64,000 nt of DNA, from the NCBI GenBank assembly GCA_000165425.1, contig CT868030.1, positions 124,001-188,000 on the forward strand, written 5' to 3'. Both the position numbers and the translations under genes were made by a program. The notes under the pieces are model-generated. The model ran no database searches. It had not been told where the DNA came from and was given only the letters and a program-made list of their open reading frames with translations. The DNA is from Paramecium tetraurelia (taxonomy: Eukaryota). Numbering within the stretch: the stretch's first letter is position 1; each line of letters starts with the position of its first letter. Positions 13,372 to 28,226 of the stretch are shown here, one piece after another.

Positions 13372-16300
13372 ATGAGAATTTTATTTTATCAATATACATT
13401 AATACTTTCAATAAGTGCAGTTATATATAAAATAGATTAAATTACAGCAGTCAAAAGGCTAGTGGTTAATTGGGATTAATAAAATTTGTTAATAGGAAGC
13501 TTTTCAAAATATGTACCTTTCAATAATTTTGAAAACGTAGGCGAAATTTCTAGAAGTGAAACTAATTCTCAATTAATTTATGCAGGTCTTGACTTAGATA
13601 ATTAGAATGCAAGGCTTGTGCACTATGTATCATTTGATGAGCAAAATAAATAAATTAAGCATGTAATAAAAATTACAACATTATCACAATCAATTTAAGA
13701 AGAATTTATAGTGGACAATTAAAATTATGAAGGACTTTGGGTAGCTCAATACTTGTACTTTAAAGGGTAATAATTGATTATAGGCATTAAATAATAGAAT
13801 GGATTTCAATAAAAATAAATTTCTTCTGATTATTTTACACAGAATTAGTTTCTTTTAATTCAAGGTGGTAGTTTGAAGGTATATGATCATTTTATTGTAG
13901 ATCTTCGATACAATTCTAAGTTAAACTCTTCTCTTAAGTAGTTTTCCAGGAAGCTTGACTTTTTTTTTATAAGAAGATCTGTCAATTTTAGAAGATATCA
14001 ATTTTATCGAGAAATGTTTCCCACAATAAAATGATTAATTATCGGATTATTTTTCTAATGAAGAGGGTAAATACACCGAATTTTAAACTGAAAATGAGTA
14101 TGTGAATTCATTCTTTTTATAATTTTGGATGAAAATAATACCCTCAAAATTATCCTTGAATCACATTTTAAGATTGTCTATAAATAAATCCTCTAAATTT
14201 ATAGGGTAAATAGGTAGCAATAGTGTTGTTATTAATTATGAATATATGTTAGAGGATTTGTTTTATTATGTTGAATATTATTCATATGAATTTCCAATCG
14301 CAAATCCATCTTAATAGAATCCTTACAAAAAATTTGTTTAGGATTCAATTTCAATTGAATTTATAACTAATTGGCATTTAATTTAAGTGAAATACCTTGA
14401 CAAATAATTAATGGTTTAATTGGAGAGTTTCATATTAAAAGTGTAAAAAATAAAGATCTTTGATGATGTAAATTAATTTACAAATACGAAAATGAAGATT
14501 TATTTTGGAGGAAATTAATATGAAATAAGTAACAACAAAATAGAAATTGCATCTGTCATATATGAAAATTGTTTAGACAAAAATCAATAAATATAATATT
14601 GTCACTATAGTTGTAAAACATGTTTTGGACCATTTAGATCTTAATGTTTGAGTTGTTCCGATTATTAGAATAGGATATATGATCCTATTAAGAAGAGCTG
14701 CAATTGCTAACTATGGTATTATGAAAATTAGGCTGATCATACTTGTATTGGATAAGAATAGAAATAATACATAGAAACAATAGAATATCTTAAGAATGAT
14801 CCTAGATATGATGAAAATGAGTAATTCAGAACATGTGCTTTTGGGTATTTTTTATACAAAGATGAGTGTATTTAATGGTATGAATTAAAAATCATCATAG
14901 TCCAGCGGCCTCATAAAAAAATATAATTTTCTGCATTAATTGCTTGATGGATCCTGATAATTGGATCTATTCTGGTTTTTGTTTCTCTTAATATCTTGAG
15001 CAACCAGGAATTGAAAATGCTGTGTATGAAGAATTTAGGTCGACTAAATTTGATCCATAGAAATTATTTATTTTAATAGATAATGAATTATCGTCATGTG
15101 GATTTTGTAGTAGTTGCACATTAAATGAATATAATAATGATAGGTGTTTTTTATATCCTTTTAAACATTTAGATCAACCTTATTACATTTAATGTAGTTT
15201 TGGATATGATGAAGAAACTTATCAATGCAAGTTTGATTCGGATCCGTATTTTTTCAAAGTGTGCGCTGAAAATTGTGGAGCATGTGATTTTTTTGGTGAA
15301 TGCAATTATTGTATAAATCCAACTGAATATTTCTTTACTTGGGAAAGAAAATGTAGACAATGCAAAGTTAAAAATTGCAAATATTGTTTCTAATATAACC
15401 GATATGATCATAGCTAGGTTTCAGTAAATTCAGATATAGCTCAGGTTTTAATTTCAAAAAATGAAGAAGATTACATTATGGCATGTGCTCTCTGTAATTA
15501 AGGTTATGTATTCAACTTTTAGATAAATGAATGCGTTTTATAATAAATAACTTATCCTTGCATTAATGGTTATATAAATGAGAATTCGCAATTCCTTTGC
15601 ACTAATACTTAAGGAATCTTCAATTAACTAGAAAACAACCTAGTTTCAGAATTTCATGATTGCTTGAAATATTTTCTTAATTGCATGTCTTGTATTTAGG
15701 ATAGTTTTAGGATGATGTATTGTATCTCTTGCATAGATGGATATTATTTAGATTATCACAATGGTCTTTGTATATCTTGCGAAGGTTAATTCCCAAATTC
15801 AAGTAAATGCGGGATTGAAACTTCAACCTACGATTCTTGGAAATATGAGTTAGTAAGCTTCTTCTTGAATTTTATACCTAATAGTACTCCTCTATAGGTG
15901 ATAGGATTATATTATAGGACAGATTATTAACTTTTAGAATGCAAAAAAGATTATACTATTTATTCAAGAACTTGTATTCCAAAGTTGGAGACTAAATGTC
16001 TTGTTTGGAATCGTAGTGGTGCATGTTCTAAATGTTAAAATTTAGATCAAGAGAATGATGCATAATCCTTTTTTGAAAATAGATGCTAAATCTGTCCCTA
16101 TCCATGTAGATTTTGTCTTCCAATTTCTGATTCTAAAATTAACGAAATAAATCCTTATTTTATCATTAATTCGGATTCTAAGGCCTAAACTTACCAGTGT
16201 TTGCTAAACTTAAATCAAAAAGAAACCTTTATTTATCAATATATTGGGTAATAAATGCCAAAAGACACAAACAATAAAAAATTATTACGTACAATTCAAT

Positions 16301-19300
16301 AACCTGTATTTCCAAATTCCCCTGTATCGAATGCTTAAGGCTATATTGATTTAGAATATTTAAAAAGACGAAAAGTAACCACTTATATTGACAATTATAA
16401 TGCCTTTAGAAAAGAGGACCCTGTAAACTTAAGATCAGTCCTTTTTTTTCTTTTGAATTCTACTGTTTTATATGATGGATATAATGATACCTTTCATGAA
16501 AAATAGATTTCCATCTTTAATTAAACTACTGTTAGTTTATAAAATGTGAGATTTTTCTCATCTAAAAACCACATTATCATTTCTTCTCTATTAGGTGTTA
16601 ATATTTACATACATAACATTACTTTACATAATTAAGTAAGAAATAGCCCAATTTTAACAATCAAAAATTTTACGCACATAATAATCTCAAAATTAGAAGT
16701 ATATGATTTGACTTTATCTGATGCTTCTCTCATTAATTTAAACAAAGATGACAATTTAACTAAATTTTATCCTTTCGTAATTCAAGAAATTGTTTTGAAA
16801 AACTGTGTTTTTAAAAATAGTTCTTTTATTTATCTTTCTTCAAAGTTTTAATCTATTGGTTAATTTATAATCAATAATATAATTATAGATAATTGTTCCT
16901 TTGAGAATTTTGAATTAATAAAACTGGAAGGTCAATTCATAGTTGTTCAAAAGTTTGTATTAGAAAATATCAAAATTATGAATTCTAGTTTAACCAATAG
17001 TTTATTTTTGGTTATTCAAAATACAAATTTTAGCTTGCTAAGTGGAATCATTTTACAAGATTGCAAATTGAGTAAAACTACATTGATATCACTCAATCCT
17101 TATAGCATATTAAAGAAAATATCATTTCTTAATGCATATTTGGATAATTCAGTATTCTTATTATATACTGAAACTATTAAGCCTGCATACATACATAAAA
17201 TTGATGACATATATATGGAGAATATCTTTATTTGTGGTATGAACCTAATCAAAATTTCTCAGAGCCTACATGAAACTTCCTCAATTGAAATGAGTAAAAT
17301 TACATTAAGTTAAATATATTTTAATTGTCCACTTTAAAATGTAATGCCAGAAAAAAGTACAATTTGTATATTCGATTTATCTAGCAATAAAATAGATCTA
17401 TCCCTACTAAGGAATGATTAAATTAATAATTATTGGATTTTATGTATTAACAACTCAAACTTTTTCAAAATAGATGATATTCTACTAAATTCATATCAAG
17501 TATTTTCATCTGATTCGAATGAAAACACCACAAAATCAAGTTTAGGTCCCTTAAACTCGGGATTACTTTAGTTAAAACAAGTGCTAACAGCTACTTTTTC
17601 AAATATTATTATCAGATCATAGAGTCTAATCGATTCATCTATTATTTACATCAACTCAAAGAATGAATAATAAATAAAAACTCAATCACTTTCGTTTTCA
17701 AATATTGTATTTGAAAATAATCTGTTGATTAAGACCTAAAGCTTTTCATAAACTACTTTACTCTATCTAGAATTTGAAGATAAATGTATTATATCTATTT
17801 CTGATATTACTTTTACTCAGAATTATGTAATACATCAAATTTTCGATTGCTTTACAATCTCCCCAAGCCTCATATGTATTATAACCTAATCTTTGGCTTA
17901 ATTAAAAAATGCCATTTTTAAAGAAAATGAATATGTGAATTCTTGTTTCTCATCATTATATATTAAATCATCAGAGATTTAAATGGAATTTATTAAGGCA
18001 AAAGGTATAAATGTATTTGATTTTGATTTAACAAGATATCTGTCTTCAAATAATAGTTTTAACTCTGGAGGTTTCTCCCATTTATATGGTTCCTAAATTG
18101 CAATTACTAATTCAAATTTTGAAAATGCATTGGTTTAAGAAACTGCCTACTTTAATATATATCTATAAAATGAAGGTAATATGATTATCAATAATACTAC
18201 AATTAGTGGTATAATAGTTTCAACCAAGTTAGATAATAATTATAATGAAGCATTATTTGTGATAGACAGTACAAATTCAAATCTAAATATTGACATCAAT
18301 AATATGTAAATCTCGAATATTCTAAGTCGATATACATCTGGCATCTTTAAAATTAATCCCTCCAAAATTAAAAATTAACTCAGGTTAAATAATATTTTTG
18401 TAGAAAATGTTTTATCTAAATAATAATACTTTTTAGATTTGATTTGCACAAATAATGTTGATAATTCAGTTGAGATTTCTGATTTTTCTTTGACTTTAGA
18501 AAAAAGCTATTTTAGGAAGTACCATGAATTTGTTTATATTGATGATAATCCCAATTAATTATCTTAAATAGATATCTAAGGAATGATTGTAATTACTAAT
18601 AGGTATGAATTAACATATATATATATGTAGCTCAATAATATTTTCAAGGCTGCATTTTACTGGTTTTGCTCCAATTACAATTTTATGCCTAGAAGATACC
18701 CCTAAAATTATGATCAATCATTTAGTTTTTGAATAAATAGAAGTGGCAACACAAAAGCTAAATATTATAATACACGAATATTCTGGAAATTAATCAAAGA
18801 TAATTAACATGTACCTTAGTTAGTTAGTAATAAAAGACACATATAAAAATGCTTATATTCATGTTGAATCATTCTTTGAAATCTAATAAAGTTTTCCTAA
18901 GAAATTAATTTTAAGAGATTTTCTCATTGCGAATAATACATGCTAGACTTGTCAAAATGGACTGATTTGCTTCAATTAAATTAAAAAACTTTTTCTTAGT
19001 AATTTGATATTTTACTAAAATCATTGTGGTTTATTGTCTTGTTTGATGCTTAATCATGTGAATCAGAGTACTATCTTCAAAAAGAGTAGGTTTATTAAGA
19101 ATTCTGGAACTTAGGGAGGAGCCATCAATGTAAAAGCTGGTAAAATAGAGATGAAAAATATTTTGTTTATGTAAAATGATGCTGAAAGTGGTGGAGCTCT
19201 ATATTCATAATCTTCTTCTATGAAATTAGAGACATTAATATCAGAATTATATCTAATTTAAAATACTGCAACTTTTGGAGGAGCTATTTATTTAGAAAAT

Positions 19301-21687
19301 CACAATTTTAGAGCAGAGGAGTTGTTAAAAGTTTTTTTATTAGAGAATAAAGGAAAAAGATATGTAGACAATATCAAAGAAAACCCATCCCAACTCAAAT
19401 TATCCATATTTAATTAAGAATTGGATACTAAATCAATAGCCAATATGGGATAACCTAACTTTGAAAAATATAAACTCAACACGAATATCATCTACATTCC
19501 AAGTGGACAATAAATTAGTAATTATAGTATTCAGGATTTAGAAAGGCAAGTTTTCGAAAACTACAATTTAAATCCAAAATTATATGCTATCAATAACTTA
19601 GGAGAAAAATAAATCAACTTATAGGAATACTAATGTGTATTAAATTAATTAAATAATGAAAGCCAATTTTATCCAAATCAAGAATAAATAATATCTTTTA
19701 ATTTAGAGAGCTAATCTTTTGATTTTTCAAATTTAATTATAAGTTTAGATCCTTATTTAAAATCTGAAACCATTTTTGTTTTTGATTGTAATTGCTTTAC
19801 TGAGTCTTAATACAAGTTTTATTTAAGTGTTAAGTCTTTTCCTTGTCAAATAGGAGAATTTTATTATTTTACCCAATGTATGAAATGTGACGAATCAAAA
19901 GGATTTTATTCAGTTGAACTTGGAGCAACTTTTTGTTAAAAAATGGATCCTAATATCATTCAAGCAAACACAGCAAGTGAGATCTTGTTATAACCAGGTT
20001 TTTGGAGGCCTAATTATAGAAGCAAGTTTATCAACAAATGCACAAGATAGAAGAATTTATGTCTAGGAGGTTGGAAGCCTGGTGATGAATCTTGTAGTTT
20101 AGGCTATATTGGAGCATTATGTGAAGAGTGTGATATATACAACATCAAAGGGGATGGCCAATATTTTAAAAATAGGAACAACAAATGCGTTTTTTGCAGT
20201 GAATTTGGATTATCTATATTCATATCACTTTTATTTGGATCATTGTATTAATATTCATTATTTATTTAGAACAATAGGTTCAATGATACTTACTGTAAGT
20301 AGTGTAAACACCATTTTTAAAAGCTTTCTGAAATTTAAATTAACCTCAAAACATTATAAGATCTTATTTAATCATAGCTTAGGTAAAAAATAAATTATAT
20401 TTAGACTAATCTGCTGCCTTAATTAAAACTGTTGTTAATTACTTTTAGATTTTAGTAAGAATTAAGTCCTTTCATTTAGAACTTTTTTTTAATATTATTG
20501 ATATACTTACTCCTCTAAGTAATCCTATTGGCACATAATCCTATTCTTACGAATGTACTTTAAGTTAACAAACGGAATTGCAGATAATATACATAAGTCT
20601 CATTATTAACTTGTTAGCGCCTATCTTTTTCTATTTTATATTTTTAACAATATACTTAATTTTGATATAGAAAAAGATGCTAAAATTGACACCAACTATC
20701 TATGCAACTGCCATATTTTATTTATTTTTTTATGCTCAACCCAATATCATTCTAGAATTAGGAGAATTAATTACTGCAAGAAATATATCTGAAATTTCAT
20801 ACATAAATCGAAATGTCTCAATACTTTACTTTACAAACACTCACATTTCTTGGGTCCTATTTTTTATTACCCCAATTTTATTTATTATCGGTATCATAAT
20901 CCCTCTGATATTATTCCTCATATTATATAACAAAAGATACAATCTTAATTAAGAAAAAGTCAGGAAAATATGGGGATACATATTTAATGATTACAAGGAA
21001 TCATCATTTTATTGGGAAATTTTTAGAGTATCTGAAAGAGAAATCTTATTGTTATCTCTTATCATTTTTGAAGAGTAAATTGAAATTAAAGTTATTTTAA
21101 CCTTTTTGATATTATTTTTATATCACATTATTGTTTTAAACAAAAAACCATTTAATATGGAAACATTAAATCGATTTGAATAAAAGTGTATTACCTTATC
21201 CAGTTTGATTTTTCTGATTTGTGGAATTAAATATCAAATTTAGATATTACAAATACCATCAATTGATTTCATCTTGCAAACATTACTACTAATAGTATTC
21301 ATCATGTTTTTTTACATCTTAATCAATCAAACAATTTCAACATATTATCAGAAGTATACTGATAGATTAGATGGTATTAGGAAAGGTTTGTTATAAAGAT
21401 TCCCAAAAATCTTAAAAATATGCCCTTTTTTGAGAAATTATCTAAAAATAAGAGGCGATATCAAGATTAAACTAAAGACAAGAGTTAAATTAATAAAGGA
21501 AGCTTTACACATGAATAAAGGAGAAAATATAATGTAAAATTAACATCAAAATCTACTTTCATATTCCTTGTAAAAAAGCATTTATCCCGAAGAATAAGCT
21601 TTAAATTTTTAAAATCTTTAGACAAATTAAAAAAATAACGAAAAAGAGAAATCACATTTTGTAAAAGATTTAGTTCCTTTTTATTGA
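13372..21687 (+). CDS. Giant (~2,700 aa) surface/receptor-like protein: signal peptide, Cys-rich furin/growth-factor-receptor-like repeats, beta-helix GGAI repeats, C-terminal multi-pass membrane domain
   Basis: CHYSCKTCFGPFRSQCLSC and many CxxC repeats (14600-16200); GGAI/GGAL motifs ~19115-19290; PGFWRP and CLGGWKPGDESCSLGYIGALCEECDIY; several hydrophobic segments 20200-21330 with WGYIFNDYKESSFYWE; frame restored by tiny introns at ~13879, 14878, 18603, 20245, 20383. Confidence 0.85.
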
Positions 21688-22076
21688 TAGTATTAATTAA
21701 CATTATCAAATTATCATTTATAATAATTATATCCACTTATTCTAACTATTCATTTAATTGTTCTTTAATATTAATTTTAATTCTGAATTCTAATTATAAT
21801 AAAATATGCTAATTTGTAAAAATGAAAACATTTATTATTTACCAAAGAATTTTGACCACAAAATATTTAAAGTTTTCTCATAATAATATGATATGCCAAG
21901 TATTTATTAGATGTCTTTATTTATAAATTCATTTATAGAATTACTTAGGTATGGAATTAAGTACTAAAGAAGTATTTATAATAATTAATGATTCCTATTT
22001 AAATTTATTTAAAATATATAATTTATAAGCAAATCAGAAGAATTTAATTAGAATAAATTTGAGAAATCATGTTTTA

Positions 22077-23315
22077 TCAAACTTTGATCAACAACTATCC
22101 AAAAGTAATGTTTTTTTAATGTTTTTTTCTGGGAGCATTAAAAATATTTCTTTAATTAGTTTTTTTGGGACTTGGCTTATTTCTAGATAATGTTGTTGGG
22201 GAAATATTAGTGAGGGTGATTTGTGAAAATGGTTTAATTTCTAAAGGGAGAAGCTTGATTTTAGGTTTTTTTCTTTTTTCTTCCAATAATTTAATTGATG
22301 ATATTGGTGAACACCTGCTAATAGTGTTATTGACAGGAGAGACATTATTTGTAATTGATGTTTGAAAATGTTCTACATGATTATGGTACAGATATTTTGG
22401 ACATGCAATCTTAATATCTTTAATTTTGCTCTATCCTAATTATGATTTATCAACCAGACTTTGAAGAGTTCTAGGATTGTATTTCAAAATATTTTTATAT
22501 GCTTATTTTGGATTTGAAGTAGTTAATTATTTAATATTAACAATGTTTTCATCATCTGACTAATCATCCTCTTCGTCATCTTCTTATTGCAAAGTAGGAA
22601 GATTGGCTAAATTTTCTGGAAATTAGTCTTCATTCTTTTTATCGTCTTCTTCAAATTTATTAAGTCTGAGATTGATGTTGAAATCATCTTAGGAACCGGT
22701 TTGCTTGATTAATTTGATTTTACCATCTTCTACTAATTCTAATCTGAATATAAGTTGTGATTCAAAAGGTGCTGTAATTGGTAAATAGAATGTTTTAAGT
22801 CTCTAAGAGAACGATTAGACCTTCGAATTTTTTTTATCAGTAAGGTGTTTTCGAGGGGATAATGAATTGTACCTATGAAAAAAGCACGAAGATCTTGAAA
22901 TGGGTTTTGAAGGTGTTTGAGCAGCCTCTATAGGATAAAGACTTGAAGGATTAGGTATACTAGCCTAATGATTGTAAAAAACAGTATTGTGATGTCTATT
23001 TAGTCTTTTCTTTGGTTGATGTTCTTATTGTTGCATAATATCAATGATAGTTTTTTTTTGGATCAGATGTCTTTTGTTCCTCATCTTCATACGCTTTCTT
23101 TACTGCAATTTTTCATTTTGCTCCTTGAGTTTTGTTATAATATGTTGGTAGGGTTGAAATTATGGAAGTACTGTTGTCACATAGAGCATTTTTTTATTGT
23201 GTAATCCGCAGTCCAAACATTCACAAGAGCGCTTCCTATTGAAAATAGGAGAGGATTAGAGAGGAAGTTGTTGGGCTTGGTTTTTGAATGAGCTTGCAGA
23301 TAATCGATTTCGCAT
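22077..23315 (-). CDS. Hypothetical low-complexity protein with N-terminal CxCxxCG motif
   Basis: 1239 nt from ATG to TGA in frame: MRNRLSASS...RKRSCECLDCGL...GQLLIKV*. Confidence 0.7.
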
Positions 23316-23480
23316 ATTTATTAATTATTGTGGTAAAAGTAACTTTTTAATTAAAAATGAATATAAAAGTACATAATAATAATAAACTATTAATTGATTA
23401 AATAAATTTCTTTTATAGCAATCGAATTTCTCCGGGCAATTGAGAAGCAGTGATTAAATTTAAAAATATTTATTTAAAAT

Positions 23481-25190
23481 ATGAGTTTGGCATTTGATGA
23501 CTACGGCAGACCTTACATTATTTTGAGAGACCAAGGATAAAAGAAAAGAATGAAGGGTTTGGAGGCTTATAAGAGCAATATTTTGGCTGCAAAGGCTGTA
23601 GCTAATACTTTACAGTCTTCACTTGGTCCTAAGGGCATGGATAAGATGCTGGTTTCACCTGATGGAGACGTCTCAGTCACTAATGATGGTGCCACTATAG
23701 TTGAAAAAATGGTAACAATAATTGAATATTAATTATTTAGGAAATCTAACATCCAACAGCAAAATTGTTAGTTGAGTTGTCATAATCATAAGATGCCGAG
23801 ATAGGAGATGGAACAACAGGAGTAGTTGTTTTGGCTGGCAAATTGTTGGAATAAGCATTAACATTGTTGGATAAGGGAATTCATCCATTGAAAATCAGTG
23901 ATGGTTTCGATAGAGCTTGTGATGTTGCCATAAGTAAATATTGTTATCTTAAAATTAGAGCATTTGGAGTCAATAGCTGAGGAAATAGACATTTAAGCAA
24001 ATGATCACGAGGCCTTAATCTAAGCAGCCTGCACTGCCCTAGGGTCAAAAGTTGTATCCAAAAGAAAAAGAGAATTAGGAAAAATAGCTGTAACTGCCGT
24101 TTTAGATGTTGCTGATCTCAAAAGAAAAGATGTCAATTTAGACTTAATTAAAATTCAAACAAAGACTGGTGGCAGTGTTGAAGATACCAGATTAATTTCA
24201 GGAATCCTTATTGACAAAGATATGAGTCATCCACAAATGTAGAAGGAAGTTAAAGATGCTAAGATATGCTTATTAACATGTCCTTTCGAACCTCCTAAGC
24301 CTAAAACTAAACACAATATAAATATTTCCAGTGCTGAAGACTATAAGAAGCTTTATCAGTAAGAATAACAATACTTTGTTGAAATGGTGAAACTTGTCAA
24401 AGATAGTGGTGCTAATATTGCTTTGTGCTAATGGGGATTCGATGATGAAGCCAACCATTTATTATTATAAAATGATCTCCCTGCAGTTAGATGGGTATCA
24501 GGCACTGATGTTGAATTAATAGCTATGGCAACTGGAGCTAGAATCATTCCAAGATTTTAAGAAATAACACCTGAAAAATTAGGAAAGGCAGGATGTATCA
24601 AAGAAGTCTAGTTTGGAACTTCAAATGAAAGAATGCTAGTCATTGAAAATTGTCAATGCACTAAAGCTGTTACCATTCTCATAAGAGGAGGCAGTTAAAT
24701 GATTGTTGATGAAGCCAAAAGATCCATTCATGATGCTATTTGTGTGATCAGAAATTTAATTAAAGATAACAGAATCGTTTATGGTGGTGGATCCGCTGAA
24801 TTGGCTTGTGCTCTCTAAGTCTTACAATATGCTGATGAGGTATATTATAATTATAATTTTAGGTCTCTTCAGTTGAATAATATGCAGTAAGATCTTTTGC
24901 TGATGCTTTAGAAGGTATTCCATGCTGTTTAGCAGATAATTGCGGTCTTAATCCAATTACTTCTGTAGCTTAGGCTAAGTCTAGACAATTGACTGAAAAG
25001 AACCCTAGAATTGGAATTGATTGCATGGAGTTGGTAATTGTTTTAATTTAATTCAAAGGGTACAAGTGATATGAAAGAGCAAAAAATTTATGAAACTTTG
25101 AGTTCAAAGAAATAGTAGATTTAATTGGCCACTTAAGTTGTGAAAATGATATTAAAAATAGATGATGTTATTGCTCCAGATGACTATTGA
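23481..25190 (+). CDS. CCT5: T-complex protein 1 subunit epsilon (CCT5)
   Basis: [78 protein letters not shown]; four tiny introns. Confidence 0.97.
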
Positions 25191-25280
25191 GTATTAATAT
25201 TAATTTATGTTCAAAAAGTACAAATATGTAATACATCTATCAGATATCTAAAGATTTAGACCATCATCTATTAATTATAA

Positions 25281-26359
25281 TCAATATTTCTTCTTGGATG
25301 GTGTTATTTTAGAAAGTACAAGATTATTTTCCATAATGACTTTGTCCATTTGATTTTTCCAATACTAATTATATTGAAACTGTACCATAACTTCTGTTTA
25401 TAATTCCTAATATTATTTATTCCATTCATCCTTTAACCTTTTCTCTTTATCCTCTTTACGCTGCAAATGTTTCTCCAATTATTATATTTTAGTTTTAAGT
25501 GTTGTGTTTTCATATTCTAATGATTTGGATCTCTCCAAATTATCATCCCACAATTACAACTTTGATTCTAAATCAATTAATTTTTATCTTAACTCCTATA
25601 ATTTAAATTAATAAATACTTTCTCCTTAACAGAAGACTTTTTTTAATTTAACTAGTTTTTCAGACTCTCTATTTCTTCTAAATACAATTCTTCTTTATTT
25701 GCCATATCTTTTAATTTCTTTGAAAGCTCTGAAGTCCCTTTTGGTTCAGATATTCGTGAACGATGATTCATATTTTCCAATTGTTGTAATTGAAGCTCAT
25801 ATTTTAAGTGTAATTCTTTCTCCTTATCTTTAATCATTTCTAAATGATATGACTATTATACACTCATAATGTTTTCTCAATTCATCATGCGAAATATTAT
25901 ATTCCTATTAAAATTGATATAATTTATTCAAAGCATCCCTTGCTATTTCACTCTGACCTTGCAATTCTTCTAATAAATTTATTTCTGTTTATTTAAGTTG
26001 ATGAATTGTCTCTTCATAGGTTTCTATAAGTTTTTCATATTGTTCTCTAAATTCAATAATTTGAATAATTACTCTTTATTATTGAAAGTATCAATATATT
26101 ATTAGTTTGTTTGATCATCTTATAATTATTATCTTAGTTCTGAGATCTATTTTTCATAGTCTTTCATTTTTTTGGTGAGCTTATTTTCTTGTGTTTTCAG
26201 ACTTGTTTGAGATTTCTTTTGAGTCTAGCTTTTGGATTTCTCCTTTGGCTTTTATTATTGCTGAACCTTCCCAGATTTATTACGAATAAGTCCCAAATTT
26301 TTATAGATTTCAGATTCTGAATGGGAAATATCGGTTTGTCTTCCTCTTGATTATTTCAT
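25281..26359 (-). CDS. Hypothetical coiled-coil protein
   Basis: MKQSRGRQTDISHSESE..., E/K/Q/L-rich, ends PSKKKY-TGA; tiny introns. Confidence 0.7.
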
Positions 26360-26424
26360 AGAAAATAATCAAATTAAATAATTATTTAAAAATATCAATT
26401 TTTAATCCTCTATTTTGATGATAA

Positions 26425-27910
26425 TCAAATAAGCTCAACTTCAAATGATGATGTCTAGCCATTATACACTAATAATGCTGGAAAGACATCTGATTCATCT
26501 TGTTATTACAAATCCCTAATTTGATAGCTTAATTCATTACTTCTTTGCCAATCTTAATCCAATCAATTTGCAAGTGATACTGTTCATAGATTTTTGTGTG
26601 GAAGTAATTTTGAGGGTTTACATGTAACTCTGATGATTTAATACATTGACATTCATGGAGAGAGGATTGGCTCTTACAGTGTTGGGTAACCAACTGGTAA
26701 GGGATAAAGTATTACATTTTTCATATTTTAATTCTTATGTATTGAATAATACCATTTAATCCCCGAAAGTCAAATAATTATCATATTTCTAATACGATGG
26801 CAATACTTCTGTGCTGTTTTTGGGGTCTTAAATGAATCTTGGTTTAGAAAGATCGTAACAAAAGTATAATATATTGCTTTTATTGGTATCTCTAATCTCC
26901 TCCTAATTCACCATAAGAACTTATCTATTATCAACAAAATAATGAAATAATGTATTAGAATATAATCGATCAAAATAATGCTCCTAAGTACAGTTTTATT
27001 TAATTGAAAAATAGACTCTATCTAAAATACAATAATGAACAAGTCTTACTTCCAAGCATGATAAGATCGTTCATTTTACCCTAACCTTTAATATCATGTT
27101 CGATTTCGATTAATCTAGCTGGGCCATCTATTTTGATGTTAGAATGTGATTTTATTTGGAATAAAGTTTCCTAATTAGTTTATTAAGTAAAAATTTATTA
27201 AAATTCTCCTTTGAAGAGTAATGATGCATTCTGCTTTAAAAAAAGGAAATATATTTCTCTCTCGAAAAAAATAATCTATTGTAAAACTCCATGAGTACTA
27301 TATTAAATTTTTGATCTTATTTTAGGAAATGTTACATCCAACAAATTTAATTCCACTTTTAGTTTGTACAAATGATAAAATAATACTAATTTATTGTTTA
27401 ACACTGCCATTAAAATTGGTATTTGTTGTGATTCTGAGAAATTTTAAAGGCAATTTATGTATTTTTGATTTCTCTAATATATTAATTATAATATACTTAT
27501 AAAGCAAGTTCTTAAATACGCTCTAAAGTAATGGGTTTTTTTTCTCTCATATTTTAATAAAAGTCTTTTTGTAATTAATGCACTTCAGTTATTGAACTTA
27601 TAGTGTCTTATGTATAATTCCTCCTTTTCATAAAATAAAGAGCCTTTTGATCAACCTTATAAACTATTTATCTCTCATTTTTTTATTCAATTTAATTTAA
27701 TAGATTGTCATCTTGTTGTATGTGATCATAACTTTAATTTTCTTTTTTTTAAGCTTTACAGATGGGACAAATGCCTTTCATCACTTGTATCTCTGATTGA
27801 TCTGATTGATTAAATTAGCATCCATTATCTACATGGAAATATGGAACTCTTAATTCATTCAGCGTCGCTTGGGAAAAGTTTAATTTAATGTGATAATTCT
27901 TATCAATCAT
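26425..27910 (-). CDS. Hypothetical protein with N-terminal CPICK motif
   Basis: MIDKNYHIKLNF...KGICPICKA open through ETLFQIKSH...FEVELI* when tiny introns are removed; no family recognised. Confidence 0.6.
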
Positions 27911-28226
27911 TCTTATATTTGTAATATTTTTATTTGATAAAACCACAACATAAATACCAAATTCTATTATCCCATAAAATATTTTGATATTTTTAAATGA
28001 TTAACATACTTGATAAAATCAATTTCAAATAGTGAACCATAAACCCAGGGTATAGAACAGCATTTATTATCAAATTTTTTTGCTCTCATAACCCTACTTA
28101 TTCAAAAATGTCTGATTGTTCTACAAATAAAAAGATTGCCTTGTTGCTGAATATCAAGTATTTAGGTGATTATTATTTTCTTATTAAAGATTAAGTTTGT
28201 AGAATAGAATAAAATAAAAAAATCAT

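Noticed and set aside
13950..14040. Apparent frameshift and TGA after a T9 run in the giant membrane protein gene
   Set aside because: Resolved by a canonical 22-nt intron at 13879-13900.
22165..22365. Short standard-code ORFs from the supplied track (e.g. 22165-22365, 38093-38422, 43249-43539, 59400-59717)
   Set aside because: They are antisense or off-frame shadows of well-supported ciliate-code genes.
27950..28200. Short coding-like fragments between two minus-strand genes
   Set aside because: Interrupted by TGA in the frames examined, too short and no recognisable similarity.
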